DNA from: a bacterium
GTDB lineage: Bacteria; Patescibacteriota; Microgenomatia; JAMCZE01
Assembly (NCBI GenBank): GCA_021836035.1
Contig: JAKBJL010000001.1
Location: 287,765 to 351,764, forward strand
Length of the DNA: 64,000 nucleotides
Direction of reading: 5' to 3'
The notes under the pieces were generated by a model that saw only the letters and a list, made by a program, of their open reading frames with translations, did not search any database and was not told the DNA's origin. Position numbers and translations under genes: made by a program. Shown here piece by piece: positions 20,226 to 29,220 of the stretch; the stretch's first letter is position 1, and the number at the start of each line of letters is the position of its first letter.

Positions 20226-20942
20226 CTACCCAATCGCCTGCGCCTTCCTTGCTTTCAGGTAAAATTGTCTTTTCTCTTCGGGAAGTTTTTCCAGAGCGTA
20301 ACGGAGCATAGTGCGGGGCATGTTAGGTGCCTGCTGTTTAAGAAACTTCTCCAGAACTTTCTGGTCTTTCTTTCCGATTTCCCGAAGCATCCAACCGACA
20401 GCTTTATGCATTAAATCCTCTTTATCATTTAATAGTATCTGCGCAATCCGTAATGAATCCGCGAAATCATTATTTTTAATGAAAGTAAAAGTTGCCAAGA
20501 CGGCAATTCTTCGGTCCCATAATAGATTCGATTTCGCTAATTGATCTAGGATTTGGCGGCTTTTGTTTATTAGGAAATCGCCCACAATATTCGGGGCGGA
20601 CATGTCGACAAGATCCCAGTTGTTAATATGCCGGGAATTCTGCAGATAGCATTTATAGATAATCGCTTTGTTTTTAGTATCAGCCTTGCGGTATTTGTTC
20701 TTAAGAATTATTAAAGCGAGGGCCCGATGCTCGTGGATTTTGCTGTGAAGGAGTTCCCGAATTTCCGGGAGTTTCAGTCCGGCATATTTTTTTGTAACCT
20801 CACGGATTTGCGGTAATGTCAGACCGACAAACTGATCACCTTCGCCGTATTCCCCCTTTCCGGTCTTGAAAAATCTTTGTAATGATTTCGCTCTCTGCGG
20901 GTTGGAAAGTTTTTGCAGTTCAGATTGCAGTTGGGCCAACAT
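20226..20942 (-). CDS. DNA alkylation repair enzyme (AlkC/AlkD-like HEAT-repeat DNA glycosylase family)
   Basis: All-helical repeat protein with the family-typical HRALALIIL...DLMHKAVGWMLREIGKKD (GWMLRE motif) and conserved Trp/Arg positions. 238 aa is typical. Confidence 0.75.
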   Translation of the reverse strand: MLAQLQSELQKLSNPQRAKSLQRFFKTGKGEYGEGDQFVGLTLPQIREVTKKYAGLKLPEIRELLHSKIHEHRALALIILKNKYRKADTKNKAIIYKCYLQNSRHINNWDLVDMSAPNIVGDFLINKSRQILDQLAKSNLLWDRRIAVLATFTFIKNNDFADSLRIAQILLNDKEDLMHKAVGWMLREIGKKDQKVLEKFLKQQAPNMPRTMLRYALEKLPEEKRQFYLKARKAQAIG

Positions 20943-20998
20943 TAAGGTGAGTATAGCGCAACAGAAAGCTTGCTAATATGGTAAAATTAGCTTTGTTC

Positions 20999-21070
20999 CG
21001 GGGTGTAGGTCATCGGTAGACCGCGCGCATGGGGTGCGTGAAGTAGTGGGTTCAATTCCCGCCACCCCGA
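20999..21070 (+). tRNA. tRNA-Pro (anticodon GGG)
   Basis: Manual cloverleaf. Acceptor CGGGGTG/CACCCCG (7 bp, with the Pro-specific C1:G72 pair) and discriminator A73. D-stem GGTC/GACC. Anticodon stem CGCGC/GCGTG (one G-U) with loop ATGGGGT (U33, anticodon GGG, G37). T-stem GTGGG/CCCGC with loop TTCAATT. CCA is not encoded. Confidence 0.85.
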
Positions 21071-21077
21071 CTTGTAA

Positions 21078-22892
21078 ATGCTACGTTGTTTGTTTTTTCT
21101 TTCGGCAATTGTTTTTTTCTTTGCGCTTTTCTTTCACTCCTCTAGTCAATTTAACCAGGATCTCGGACGGCATTTAATACTGGGTAAAATTATTACCGAG
21201 ACCGGCAAGGTTCCGACCACCAACTTATTTTCTTATACCTATCCTGATTTCCCCTTTGTCAATTCCCATTGGCTCCCGGAAGTAATTTATTATCTGCTCT
21301 CGCAGAAATTCGGTTTATCTTCACTGGTAGTTTTCAATACTATTGTCATGGTCGTTGCCCTGGCCTTGGTATTATTTGCGGCCTACCGTTTGACCGGAAA
21401 TCTGGCAGCGGTATCCTTGGGGTTTATCATTTTCTCTCCGGTTTTACTCAACCGGACGGAGATCCGGCCGGAAACCTTTTCCTATTTATTTACCGCTTTA
21501 TTTATTGCCGTTATTTTTTCTTTGCTGACCAGATCCGATTTCAAGCTGTCCCGTCGGCACCTCTTTATATTATTTGCGCTGCCGCTGGTAGAATTAATTT
21601 GGGTTAACTCGCACATTTATTTTTTCCTGGGACCGGTTCTGGCGATTTTTCTGCTCATCGCGGAGACGATTACTTTATGGCGTAGCCGGGGAAAGCTTTT
21701 GCCGGCCCCCTCCTGGTTAAGGTGGGAAATGCTGGCAATTATACTCACTTTTGCCGTGACGGTTATTAACCCTAATGGTTTAAAGGGTGCGCTTTTTCCG
21801 CTGTTGGTATTTAATAATTATGGTTACTCGGTTTTGGAAAACCAGAATATTATTTTCTTATCCGGGATAGTTTTTGAGCCGACAATTAACTTTTTCTTTA
21901 TCGCCGCGGGGGTATTTGTTCTGAGCTTTGCTTTGAGGTCTTATTTTTGGAATCGCTCTCTTATTTTCTCCTGGTTGACCTTGCCGCTTATTGCCCTGTC
22001 ATTTCTTTCTTTGCGTTCCCTTCCTTTTTTATATTTAATAAATTTCCCCGCTTTTACCGCTAATATCGCCGCCGCCAGCGCAGGAGTTTCGAAATCATTT
22101 AAGGATTATCTCGCCCGATATCGCTGGCTGCCGGTTGCGCTAGTAATCTTTGCCGTCGTGGTGACACTCTTACGCGCCTGGCGGCTCATCAGCAATGATT
22201 ATTATTTAGCGACCGATGCGGACAAAGAGTTCGGGACGGAAGTAATTGCATCCGGTCGGGGCGCCTTAGATTTTTTCCGGGATAATCACCTCCGCGGACC
22301 GCTGTTTAATAATTTCGATATCGGTGGTTATCTTGATTATGGATTGTATCCCCGGGAACGGGTGTTTACCGACAACCGCCCGGAGGCTTTTCCGGCCAAC
22401 TTCTTTAGGGAGACTTATATTCCCCTGCAACAAACTCCGGAAAATTTTGCCCAGGCAGATAAGGTTTATCGCTTTAACACGATTATCTATTCGCATGCCG
22501 ATTTAACTCCCTGGGGACAGAAATTTTCAGCGGCTATAATTAAAAATCCGGAGTGGCAATTAGTTTATCTTGATAGTTTTGCGGCGATTTTAGTTAAAAA
22601 GCAGACATTCCCGGAAATAGCCCTAAAGGACGCCATAAAACCGGAGTCGTTATTATCAGCGGCTCCGAACCGTAACTATCGGGAGAATGTTGCCGCTGCT
22701 TTCGCGGCTGAATTATTCGGCTGGCAGGATGTTTCCCGGAAGCTCTTAGAGATTGCTTATCGCCAGAATCCGGAATCCCCGGAGGTTTTAAGTGCCCTGG
22801 GCCAATTATATCTTTCGCAACCGGGAACAATTTCTCTAGGACAACAGATGATCACCGAATATAAGGCAAAATCCTCCTTGATTTTATTCTGA
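21078..22892 (+). CDS. large polytopic membrane protein (GT-C-like glycosyltransferase/ligase-like fold plausible) with C-terminal TPR-like region
   Basis: 604 aa with more than 12 predicted TM helices. The C-terminal soluble part (AAAFAAELFGWQDVSRKLLEIAYRQNPESPEVLSALGQLYL) is TPR-like. The ATG lies only 7 nt after the tRNA-Pro 3' end. Confidence 0.55.
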   Translation: MLRCLFFLSAIVFFFALFFHSSSQFNQDLGRHLILGKIITETGKVPTTNLFSYTYPDFPFVNSHWLPEVIYYLLSQKFGLSSLVVFNTIVMVVALALVLFAAYRLTGNLAAVSLGFIIFSPVLLNRTEIRPETFSYLFTALFIAVIFSLLTRSDFKLSRRHLFILFALPLVELIWVNSHIYFFLGPVLAIFLLIAETITLWRSRGKLLPAPSWLRWEMLAIILTFAVTVINPNGLKGALFPLLVFNNYGYSVLENQNIIFLSGIVFEPTINFFFIAAGVFVLSFALRSYFWNRSLIFSWLTLPLIALSFLSLRSLPFLYLINFPAFTANIAAASAGVSKSFKDYLARYRWLPVALVIFAVVVTLLRAWRLISNDYYLATDADKEFGTEVIASGRGALDFFRDNHLRGPLFNNFDIGGYLDYGLYPRERVFTDNRPEAFPANFFRETYIPLQQTPENFAQADKVYRFNTIIYSHADLTPWGQKFSAAIIKNPEWQLVYLDSFAAILVKKQTFPEIALKDAIKPESLLSAAPNRNYRENVAAAFAAELFGWQDVSRKLLEIAYRQNPESPEVLSALGQLYLSQPGTISLGQQMITEYKAKSSLILF

Positions 22893-22910
22893 CGCTGATG
22901 TTAAATACGC

Positions 22911-23984
22911 ATGATTATGGGACAGGGTAATTCCTCCGCTGATAACAATCCGAAACTTTCTGCGGTCCGGCTGGCGATGGAACAGATCGAAAAGCAATAC
23001 GGCAAGGGTTCGATTATGAAAATGGGAGAGGCGGTCCCCAGGATGACTACTGACGTAATTTCTACCGGCATATTACCTTTGGACGTGGCGCTGGGAGTCG
23101 GCGGTTTACCGCGGGGCAGAATTATTGAAATCTACGGACCCGAGGCCTCGGGAAAAACTTCCGTAGTTCTATCCACCATCGCCCAGGCGCAGAAAGCCGG
23201 AGGCGTGGCCGCTTTTATTGACGCCGAACACGCTTTGGATCCTGTCTGGGCGGAAAGACTGGGGGTAAACCTAAATGAACTGCTTATTTCCCAACCGGAT
23301 ACCGGAGAACAAGCTTTAGAAATTGCGGAGACTTTGATCCGCTCCGGCGGGGTGGATTTGGTGGTTATTGATTCGGTAGCCGCTTTAGTCCCGCGGGCGG
23401 AAATCGAGGGCGAGATGGGCGACGCGATGGTTGGTTTGCAAGCCCGCCTGATGTCCCAAGCCCTACGCAAATTAACCGGGGTAATTAGCAAGTCTAAAAC
23501 TGTAGCCGTATTTACTAATCAGCTCCGCCAGAAAATCGGTATCATGTTCGGTAACCCGGAAACGACAACCGGAGGTCTGGCCCTCAAATTTTATTCTTCC
23601 GTCCGGATCGATATCCGTAAAATTGAACAATTAAAAGAGGGCGATGCGGTGGTCGGCGGCCGGCATCGGGCAAAAGTGGTAAAAAATAAAGTAGCCCCGC
23701 CTTTTAGAATCGCCGAATTTAATATCTACGGCCAGACGGGAATTTCCTATGAAGACGGGCTTTTAGATGTAGGTTTGGAATTGGGCGTGATTTCCAAATC
23801 CGGAGCTTTTCTGAAACACAAAGAGGAGATGCTGGGCCAGGGCCGGGAAGCCGCCCGCCTGTTTTTAACGGAACACAAAAAAGTAACCAAACAGGTAGAG
23901 GAGGAAATTCAGAAAAAAATTAAATCCGGAGCGACAGCAGAGAAGGTGGTTTTAGGAGACGAGGAAGCGGAAACGGAAGAATAA
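22911..23984 (+). CDS. recA: recombinase RecA
   Basis: Walker [11 protein letters not shown]1/L2 loops. GSIMKMGE...IIEIYGP and [20 protein letters not shown] are highly diagnostic. Acidic C-terminal tail. Confidence 0.93.
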   Translation: MIMGQGNSSADNNPKLSAVRLAMEQIEKQYGKGSIMKMGEAVPRMTTDVISTGILPLDVALGVGGLPRGRIIEIYGPEASGKTSVVLSTIAQAQKAGGVAAFIDAEHALDPVWAERLGVNLNELLISQPDTGEQALEIAETLIRSGGVDLVVIDSVAALVPRAEIEGEMGDAMVGLQARLMSQALRKLTGVISKSKTVAVFTNQLRQKIGIMFGNPETTTGGLALKFYSSVRIDIRKIEQLKEGDAVVGGRHRAKVVKNKVAPPFRIAEFNIYGQTGISYEDGLLDVGLELGVISKSGAFLKHKEEMLGQGREAARLFLTEHKKVTKQVEEEIQKKIKSGATAEKVVLGDEEAETEE

Positions 23985-24030
23985 AGTTAATAAAAATAAT
24001 AAAAACCATAAACTCAATAAAATAAAAGAT

Positions 24031-24052
24031 GGCGCGGCAGCGCCTATTTTTA
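24031..24052 (+). terminator. rho-independent terminator downstream of recA
   Basis: GGCGC-GGCA-GCGCC hairpin (5-bp GC stem, 4-nt loop) followed by TATTTTTAT. It lies inside the annotated 5' extension of the next ORF, implying that gene starts at ATG 24068. Confidence 0.55.
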
Positions 24053-24067
24053 TGGCATAATTATTCT

Positions 24068-24862
24068 ATGGGTAAATATTGGCGGTTTTTTCAGGCTTCA
24101 TTTCAGATAAGTTTCAGTTATAGATTTGCCATTCTCATAAGAATGATCAGGGATTTTCTGATGGTTCTTTTCTTTATTGTTCTTTGGCAGGCTTTATTTA
24201 AGGGTAAACAGTTGATCGGGGGTTTTACCTTTGCTGGTATGGTTAGTTATTATATTTTGGGAAAAGCTTTAGATCAGCTTTATACTTTTGACCCGGCCAA
24301 CGTCATGGCCCGGCATGTAAGGACCGGAGATTTATCAAATTTTTTGATAAAGCCTGTCAATTATACGGGCTATCTGGGGTCGTTTATATTCGGGCGAAGG
24401 TTAGCCAGGACTTTCTTAACAATTATTGCAAGCATCATAATTATACTGGCATTTCCTGATTTTATCGGCCGACCGGCGGGAATGATTGAGCTGGCGGCTT
24501 TTATCATTTTTGCCGCTCTGGCCTGGATATTAATGTTTTCGGTCTCTTTTTTAATCGGTGGTCTTTCCTTTTGGTCAACAGAGACTGAAAATATAAGAGC
24601 GGGCATTGAGCAGCTGATGCTGATCTTGGGGGGGCTTTGGATTCCGCTTAATCTTCTGCCGGAAGGCATCGGGAAGATTTTATCGCCGCTTCCCTTCAAA
24701 TATCTTTATTATTTCCCTATCCGGGTGTTTTTAGGGAAAGTGAATACTTCCGATATGATCACTGGCTTGTTAACGGACCTGGCTTGGGTGGTTTTTTTTC
24801 TTTTTTGCGGAAGCGTGCTTTGGCGTAAGGGCTTAAAAAGATACGGAGCTTATGGCGGTTAA
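24068..24862 (+). CDS. ABC-2-type exporter permease, type A (paralog 1; COG4587/COG3694-like family)
   Basis: N-terminus MGKYWRFFQASFQ matches paralogs MRKYLQVFYLSSQ (30301) and MRKYLTVFTVSWQ (34155). 6 TMs. C-terminal GLKRYGAYGG tail. Confidence 0.65.
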   Translation: MGKYWRFFQASFQISFSYRFAILIRMIRDFLMVLFFIVLWQALFKGKQLIGGFTFAGMVSYYILGKALDQLYTFDPANVMARHVRTGDLSNFLIKPVNYTGYLGSFIFGRRLARTFLTIIASIIIILAFPDFIGRPAGMIELAAFIIFAALAWILMFSVSFLIGGLSFWSTETENIRAGIEQLMLILGGLWIPLNLLPEGIGKILSPLPFKYLYYFPIRVFLGKVNTSDMITGLLTDLAWVVFFLFCGSVLWRKGLKRYGAYGG

Positions 24863-25649
24863 TAAATTAATTAAATATTTTAAATTATTCCTGCTTTTTG
24901 TAAAGATCAATTATCTCCGTTCTATGGAATACCGGATAAATTTTGTCTCGGCATTTCTCCCGTCCGTACTTTATTCTCTGGGTTATTTGGTCTTCATGGG
25001 GTCGATTCTGGACAGGGTTCCTTCGGTTTCCGGATGGGATTTTGACAAAATGTTGTTGTTGTTTGCTGTCGGCCAATTTATTTACTACACCCAGTGGATA
25101 TTTTATCGTTCTTCTTTGGCCGAATTTTCACAATCCGTTAATGACGGCAGTTTCGACGCTGTAGCTAAATTGCCGGTTAATACGAGATTTATGGTTTCCT
25201 TTCGTAAACAAGCCCCCAACGTGGTTGTCCCTTTTGTTTTCGCATTGTTGCTATTTATTTATGCACTGAGAAATACAACTTTGCTGATACCGGACGTGCT
25301 TATTTTCTTATTTCTTATCGCCTGTGGTTTTTTAATTTATTACAATATTTGTTTTACCTTCGCCACCCTAGCGTTTTATATCATCGACGCTGATGACTTA
25401 CTATGGTTTGCCGATGATATCACTCGATTTGGTTCGTATCCGTTGGAAATCTTTCCGCCATTAGCCCGGGCGTTTTTGTTGTATATCGTCCCGGTAATGT
25501 TTCTGGCCTATATACCGGTAACAGCTTTAATCGGGATATTTCACTGGGAGACTGTTTTTTTGTCTATAGCGATGGTGGCGGCAACTACCCTTGTTTCCCA
25601 AAAGTTCTGGCAAATGGGACTCCGGCATTATTCTAGCGCCAGCTCCTGA
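24852..25649 (+). CDS. ABC-2-type exporter permease, type B (paralog 1)
   Basis: Homologous to 34957..35736 and 31084..31844, with the shared C-terminal motif (GLRHYSSASS / YSSASS). 11-nt overlap with the upstream permease. Confidence 0.65.
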   Translation: MAVNKLIKYFKLFLLFVKINYLRSMEYRINFVSAFLPSVLYSLGYLVFMGSILDRVPSVSGWDFDKMLLLFAVGQFIYYTQWIFYRSSLAEFSQSVNDGSFDAVAKLPVNTRFMVSFRKQAPNVVVPFVFALLLFIYALRNTTLLIPDVLIFLFLIACGFLIYYNICFTFATLAFYIIDADDLLWFADDITRFGSYPLEIFPPLARAFLLYIVPVMFLAYIPVTALIGIFHWETVFLSIAMVAATTLVSQKFWQMGLRHYSSASS

Positions 25650-25652
25650 GGA

Positions 25653-26144
25653 TTAAGAGAAAGCGATAATATAAAGTCCGATAAGGGCTACGGCAAGGAC
25701 AATAGCCCCAAGGATTAGGGCCGGCCAGCCATCATAAAAGCGAAAAATGATTTTATTTTTCAAGCCAAGATAAATAGATTTCCGGTAGATGGCAAGTAAT
25801 CCCAGAATGCCAATAATAAAAAAAACAGCGATAAGAAGACCATAGAATAGATAAATTTTAGTGGTGTTATCATAGATCGATTCGGTGACGGTAGAGGCGG
25901 ACCAGGAGCTGAAGTAGAGTAGCCAGCTGGCGGCAAGCAAGAAGGCGCAGATAATCAGGCTCCAAAAATAGCGGAGGTCCTGCCTCTCAATTGGCAAAAT
26001 ATCCCCCCCTTGGTTTTTACCTAAATTGGGTAGAACCCGCGAGAGCATTTTTAGGAATTTCCAGCGGAATACAAAAACGGCCCCGATAAAGCAGCCCAAT
26101 GACCATAAAGGCAGAAAAGTTAGGCTGAGGTAGCTCAGAAACAT
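25653..26144 (-). CDS. hypothetical 4-TM membrane protein
   Basis: 163 aa with four hydrophobic helices. No motif. Confidence 0.45.
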   Translation of the reverse strand: MFLSYLSLTFLPLWSLGCFIGAVFVFRWKFLKMLSRVLPNLGKNQGGDILPIERQDLRYFWSLIICAFLLAASWLLYFSSWSASTVTESIYDNTTKIYLFYGLLIAVFFIIGILGLLAIYRKSIYLGLKNKIIFRFYDGWPALILGAIVLAVALIGLYIIAFS

Positions 26145-26276
26145 GGGCGAGCTAATTTATTTTAACACAACGTCGCGATGTTAGAAGTAACCGTCTATTC
26201 TGCGTTTGCTTAGGGTTAGGACTTTGATTTTAAAGAAAAACTTCCCTAAAGGCAATATAATAGGGCGATAAATGGT

Positions 26277-26960
26277 ATGAAAATTACCAAATTAGAATAC
26301 CAGAAGAAGGATCCGAATAGGGTTAATGTCTATGTGGACGGAAATTTTACGGCGGGTTTGGATGTTAATGATATTTTAAAGCTAGGAATTTATAACGGTA
26401 TGGAAATCGGCCGGAGGGAGCTGGATAAGATTTTAGCTGAAAGCGAATTCGGGAAACTTTACAGTGCCGCACTTAACTTCTTATCATATAGACCCAGAAG
26501 CGAGAAGGAAATAAGGCAAAAGCTAACGGCTAAAAGCTTAAAGCTTAAAGCTAAGGAAGCGGTAAGTGGAGCCGAAAGAGGGAAACCGGTAGACAGGGTA
26601 ATAAAAAGGCTAAAAGAAATCGGCCAGATCAACGATAAGGAATTTGCCGGATGGTTTATTGAGCAAAGAAATACTTTCCGGCCGGAAGGAAAGCGGCTTC
26701 TCAATTATGAATTAACACGCAAAGGGGTTGACAGAGACGTAATAAATCAGCTGCTCAGTGAATCAATAAAACCAACAAATAATCATAGCACGGAGGAGAA
26801 GAAAGCAAGGCGGGCTCTGGGGAAGAGGCTGGATCATTGGGATCAAAATAAACTGGGTTACCCCAAATTCCGGGAGAAGGTAGCCCGTTTTCTTCTTGCC
26901 CGAGGTTTTGACTGGGAAACGGTGAAATTAGTTCTTGCAAAATTACGCCGTAAGGAGTAA
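26277..26960 (+). CDS. recX: regulatory protein RecX
   Basis: Three-helix repeat architecture. N-terminus VNVYVDGNFTAGLDVNDILKLGIYNGMEI...ALNFLSYRPRSEKEIRQKL is typical of RecX. Near recA. TATAAT -10 at 26256-26261. Confidence 0.8.
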   Translation: MKITKLEYQKKDPNRVNVYVDGNFTAGLDVNDILKLGIYNGMEIGRRELDKILAESEFGKLYSAALNFLSYRPRSEKEIRQKLTAKSLKLKAKEAVSGAERGKPVDRVIKRLKEIGQINDKEFAGWFIEQRNTFRPEGKRLLNYELTRKGVDRDVINQLLSESIKPTNNHSTEEKKARRALGKRLDHWDQNKLGYPKFREKVARFLLARGFDWETVKLVLAKLRRKE

Positions 26961-27071
26961 GCTTGTTGTAGCAATACAAACAACCGGAAGAACAAAAGAA
27001 AGATATGGCGAAAATTGCTGAATTTATCCAAAAGATTCTGGCCAGCTTAAAAAAGTTTTTAGGTTAACCAC

Positions 27072-27100
27072 CCGCCTGCGGGCGGAGCTTCTTTTGTTCT
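27072..27100 (+). terminator. rho-independent terminator after recX
   Basis: CCGCC-TGCG-GGCGG hairpin followed by AGCTTCTTTTGTTCTTTC. Confidence 0.5.
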
Positions 27101-27118
27101 TTCGGGAAAATTTATTTC

Positions 27119-28609
27119 ATGGCACTATTATCCTTTAGTAAAGGCAATAGCAAAGTAAAAAAAACTCCTCTTCCTCGGACAACGGGCGATCCTATGGCCA
27201 TAAACCCTACTTTGCCGGGAGCCGAACAACAAGCCCGTGAAATTCTTCTGGAGGCTAAAGACGAAGCTTTGCGGATAAAACAGCAGGCGGATGAGGAAGC
27301 CAAGAAAACCCGAGCGGAATCATTTGCTATAGAACAGCGGTTGGTAGCTAAAGAAGATTCCCTGGATAAAAAAGCGACGGCTTTAGACGAAAGAGAGAAG
27401 GGTTTAGCGGCCAAGCAACAGGAGTTGCAGAATAAAATAACCGAGCTGGAAAAGGTTAAAGACGAACAGTTGGCAAAATTAGAACGGGTAGCCGGGCTTT
27501 CAGTGGAAGAAGCCAAGCAAAAGATTTTAGCCGGCGTAGAAGAAAAAATAAGGGTAGAAGCGGCTAAGTTAATTTCGGCGGTTATGAACCAAGCTAAGGA
27601 AGAAGCCGCCGAGAAAGCCCGCGAGATTTTAGTTTCCGAGATGGTCCACGGAGCTACCGATTATGTTCCGGAATTTACAGTTTCGACGATTAAGCTTCCC
27701 GACGACGAGGTTAAGGGAAAAATTATCGGTAAAGAAGGGCGCAACATTCGGGCGATTGAACAGTCTACCGGTGTGGACCTGGAATTGGATGAAGAAAACC
27801 AGATACGGCTTAGTAGCTATGACGGTATTAGACGGGAGATTGCGCGGGTTTCTCTTCAGCGTCTGATTGCGGACGGCAGGATCCAACCTTCCCGTATCGA
27901 AGAAATTGTAGCCCAGGTCCGACGGGACATTGACCGCATCATTCACGATGAAGGGGTAAAGCTGGCCCAATCGGTAGGAGTCTATAACCTCCCCCGGGAA
28001 ATTATTGACCTTCTCGGCCGGTTTAAATACCGCTTCTCCTACGGCCAGAATATGATTGCTCATACACTGGAGGAAACGAAATTAGGCGTAGCGATTGCTT
28101 CGGAAGTCGGGGCAGATGTTAATGTGGTCCGCCTCGGTTGTCTTTTACATGATATCGGTAAGGTAATTGATAACGAGGAAGGTTCTCACGTAACTTTGGC
28201 GGTCAGTTTATTAAAGAAATTCGGTTTCCCCCAAAAAGTTATTGATTGTGTTGCCCAGCATCACGAAGACGAACCGTTTACTTCCGTCGAGTCCATGATT
28301 GTTTATATCGCCGATGCAATTTCCGGGGCCAGACCGGGAGCGCGCTATGAAGACCTGGAGAAATATATTCAGCGCCTTTCCGAATTGGAGGAAATTTGTA
28401 AAGGGTTTACCGGAGTGGTTAATGCCTGGGTTTTCCAGGCGGGTAGAGAAATAAGGGTTTTGGTTAATCCGGAAGAAATTTCCGATGCTGATGCAATAGT
28501 TCTCGCTGAAAAGATCCGTGAGAAAATTGAAGAGCAGATAAAAGACTTCCCCGGCCAAATCAGGGTTACCGTTATCCGCGAGTTTCGGGTTGTCCAGACA
28601 ACCAAATAA
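27119..28609 (+). CDS. rny: ribonuclease Y (KH + HD domains), lacking the usual N-terminal transmembrane anchor
   Basis: Coiled-coil region. KH domain IIGKEGRNIRAIEQSTGVDLELD. HD domain LLHDIGK...HHEDE. No hydrophobic N-terminal segment. Confidence 0.88.
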   Translation: MALLSFSKGNSKVKKTPLPRTTGDPMAINPTLPGAEQQAREILLEAKDEALRIKQQADEEAKKTRAESFAIEQRLVAKEDSLDKKATALDEREKGLAAKQQELQNKITELEKVKDEQLAKLERVAGLSVEEAKQKILAGVEEKIRVEAAKLISAVMNQAKEEAAEKAREILVSEMVHGATDYVPEFTVSTIKLPDDEVKGKIIGKEGRNIRAIEQSTGVDLELDEENQIRLSSYDGIRREIARVSLQRLIADGRIQPSRIEEIVAQVRRDIDRIIHDEGVKLAQSVGVYNLPREIIDLLGRFKYRFSYGQNMIAHTLEETKLGVAIASEVGADVNVVRLGCLLHDIGKVIDNEEGSHVTLAVSLLKKFGFPQKVIDCVAQHHEDEPFTSVESMIVYIADAISGARPGARYEDLEKYIQRLSELEEICKGFTGVVNAWVFQAGREIRVLVNPEEISDADAIVLAEKIREKIEEQIKDFPGQIRVTVIREFRVVQTTK

Positions 28610-28626
28610 ATCCGTCGCTTCCCCTC

Positions 28627-28655
28627 TTGACAGACCATGAACGCAGTGTTATCTT
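28627..28655 (+). promoter_or_regulatory. sigma70-like promoter (TTGACA-17 nt-TATCTT) driving a ~225-nt hup leader
   Basis: -35 TTGACA at 28627-28632, a 17-nt spacer, -10 TATCTT at 28650-28655. SD AAAGGAGGTGA at 28868-28878 precedes ATG 28886. Confidence 0.5.
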
Positions 28656-28885
28656 GGCTGTTGTTATGCTCCATAAAAATTTGCCTGTTGTTACAAGAAA
28701 AACTACTATTAAATACATCAAAGAGGTTGTAAAGACAACAAAAAAATTTGTGACGCCCGCCAGCTCTTTCTTCGCGCCTGTTGCTTACCATTCGTAAACG
28801 GTGCGAAGTGCGTTTACGGCGGGCTTAAGAAACTGTAAATACTCGCTCAAGGGCTCGTAAACGGTTTCTAAAGGAGGTGAATTAA

Positions 28886-29158
28886 ATGACCAAAGCAGAT
28901 TTAGTAGATTTAGTTGCCAAGAAGGCAATGTTAACCAATAAGGCCGCTCGGGAATCAGTGCAGGCGTTATTGGACGGCGTCCGTGATGCTTTAAAGCGTG
29001 GCGAGAAAGTAGTGGTAACCGGATTCGGAACCTTTTCCGTCCGCAGCCGCGCTGCCAGGAAGGGACGAAATCCCCAAACCGGAGCCGCGATTAATATCCC
29101 GGCCCGGAAAACTCCCGGCTTTACCGCCGGAAAGGCTTTGAAGAAAGCTATCCGTTAA
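28886..29158 (+). CDS. hup: DNA-binding protein HU
   Basis: MTKADLVDLVAKKAMLTNKAARESVQALLDGVRDALKRGEKVVVTGFGTFSVRSRAARKGRNPQTGAAINIPARKTPGFTAGKALK is the canonical HU/IHF fold with the GFGxF and R-N-P-x-T arm motifs. Confidence 0.92.
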   Translation: MTKADLVDLVAKKAMLTNKAARESVQALLDGVRDALKRGEKVVVTGFGTFSVRSRAARKGRNPQTGAAINIPARKTPGFTAGKALKKAIR

Positions 29159-29179
29159 ATTATTTTTCGGATAGGCAGA

Positions 29180-29201
29180 CAATCCGCCAGCTGGCGGATT
29201 G
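29180..29201. terminator. bidirectional terminator-like hairpin between convergent hup and DHH phosphoesterase genes
   Basis: Perfect palindrome CAATCCGCC-AGCT-GGCGGATTG (an 8-9 bp stem). No strong U-tract on either side. Confidence 0.4.
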
Positions 29202-29220
29202 CTGCGTGGAAAAGAAAAAT

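Noticed and set aside
26190-26215. TTAGGGTTAGG telomere-like repeat and other short repeats upstream of recX
   Set aside because: Only two units, inside an ordinary promoter region. Considered coincidental.
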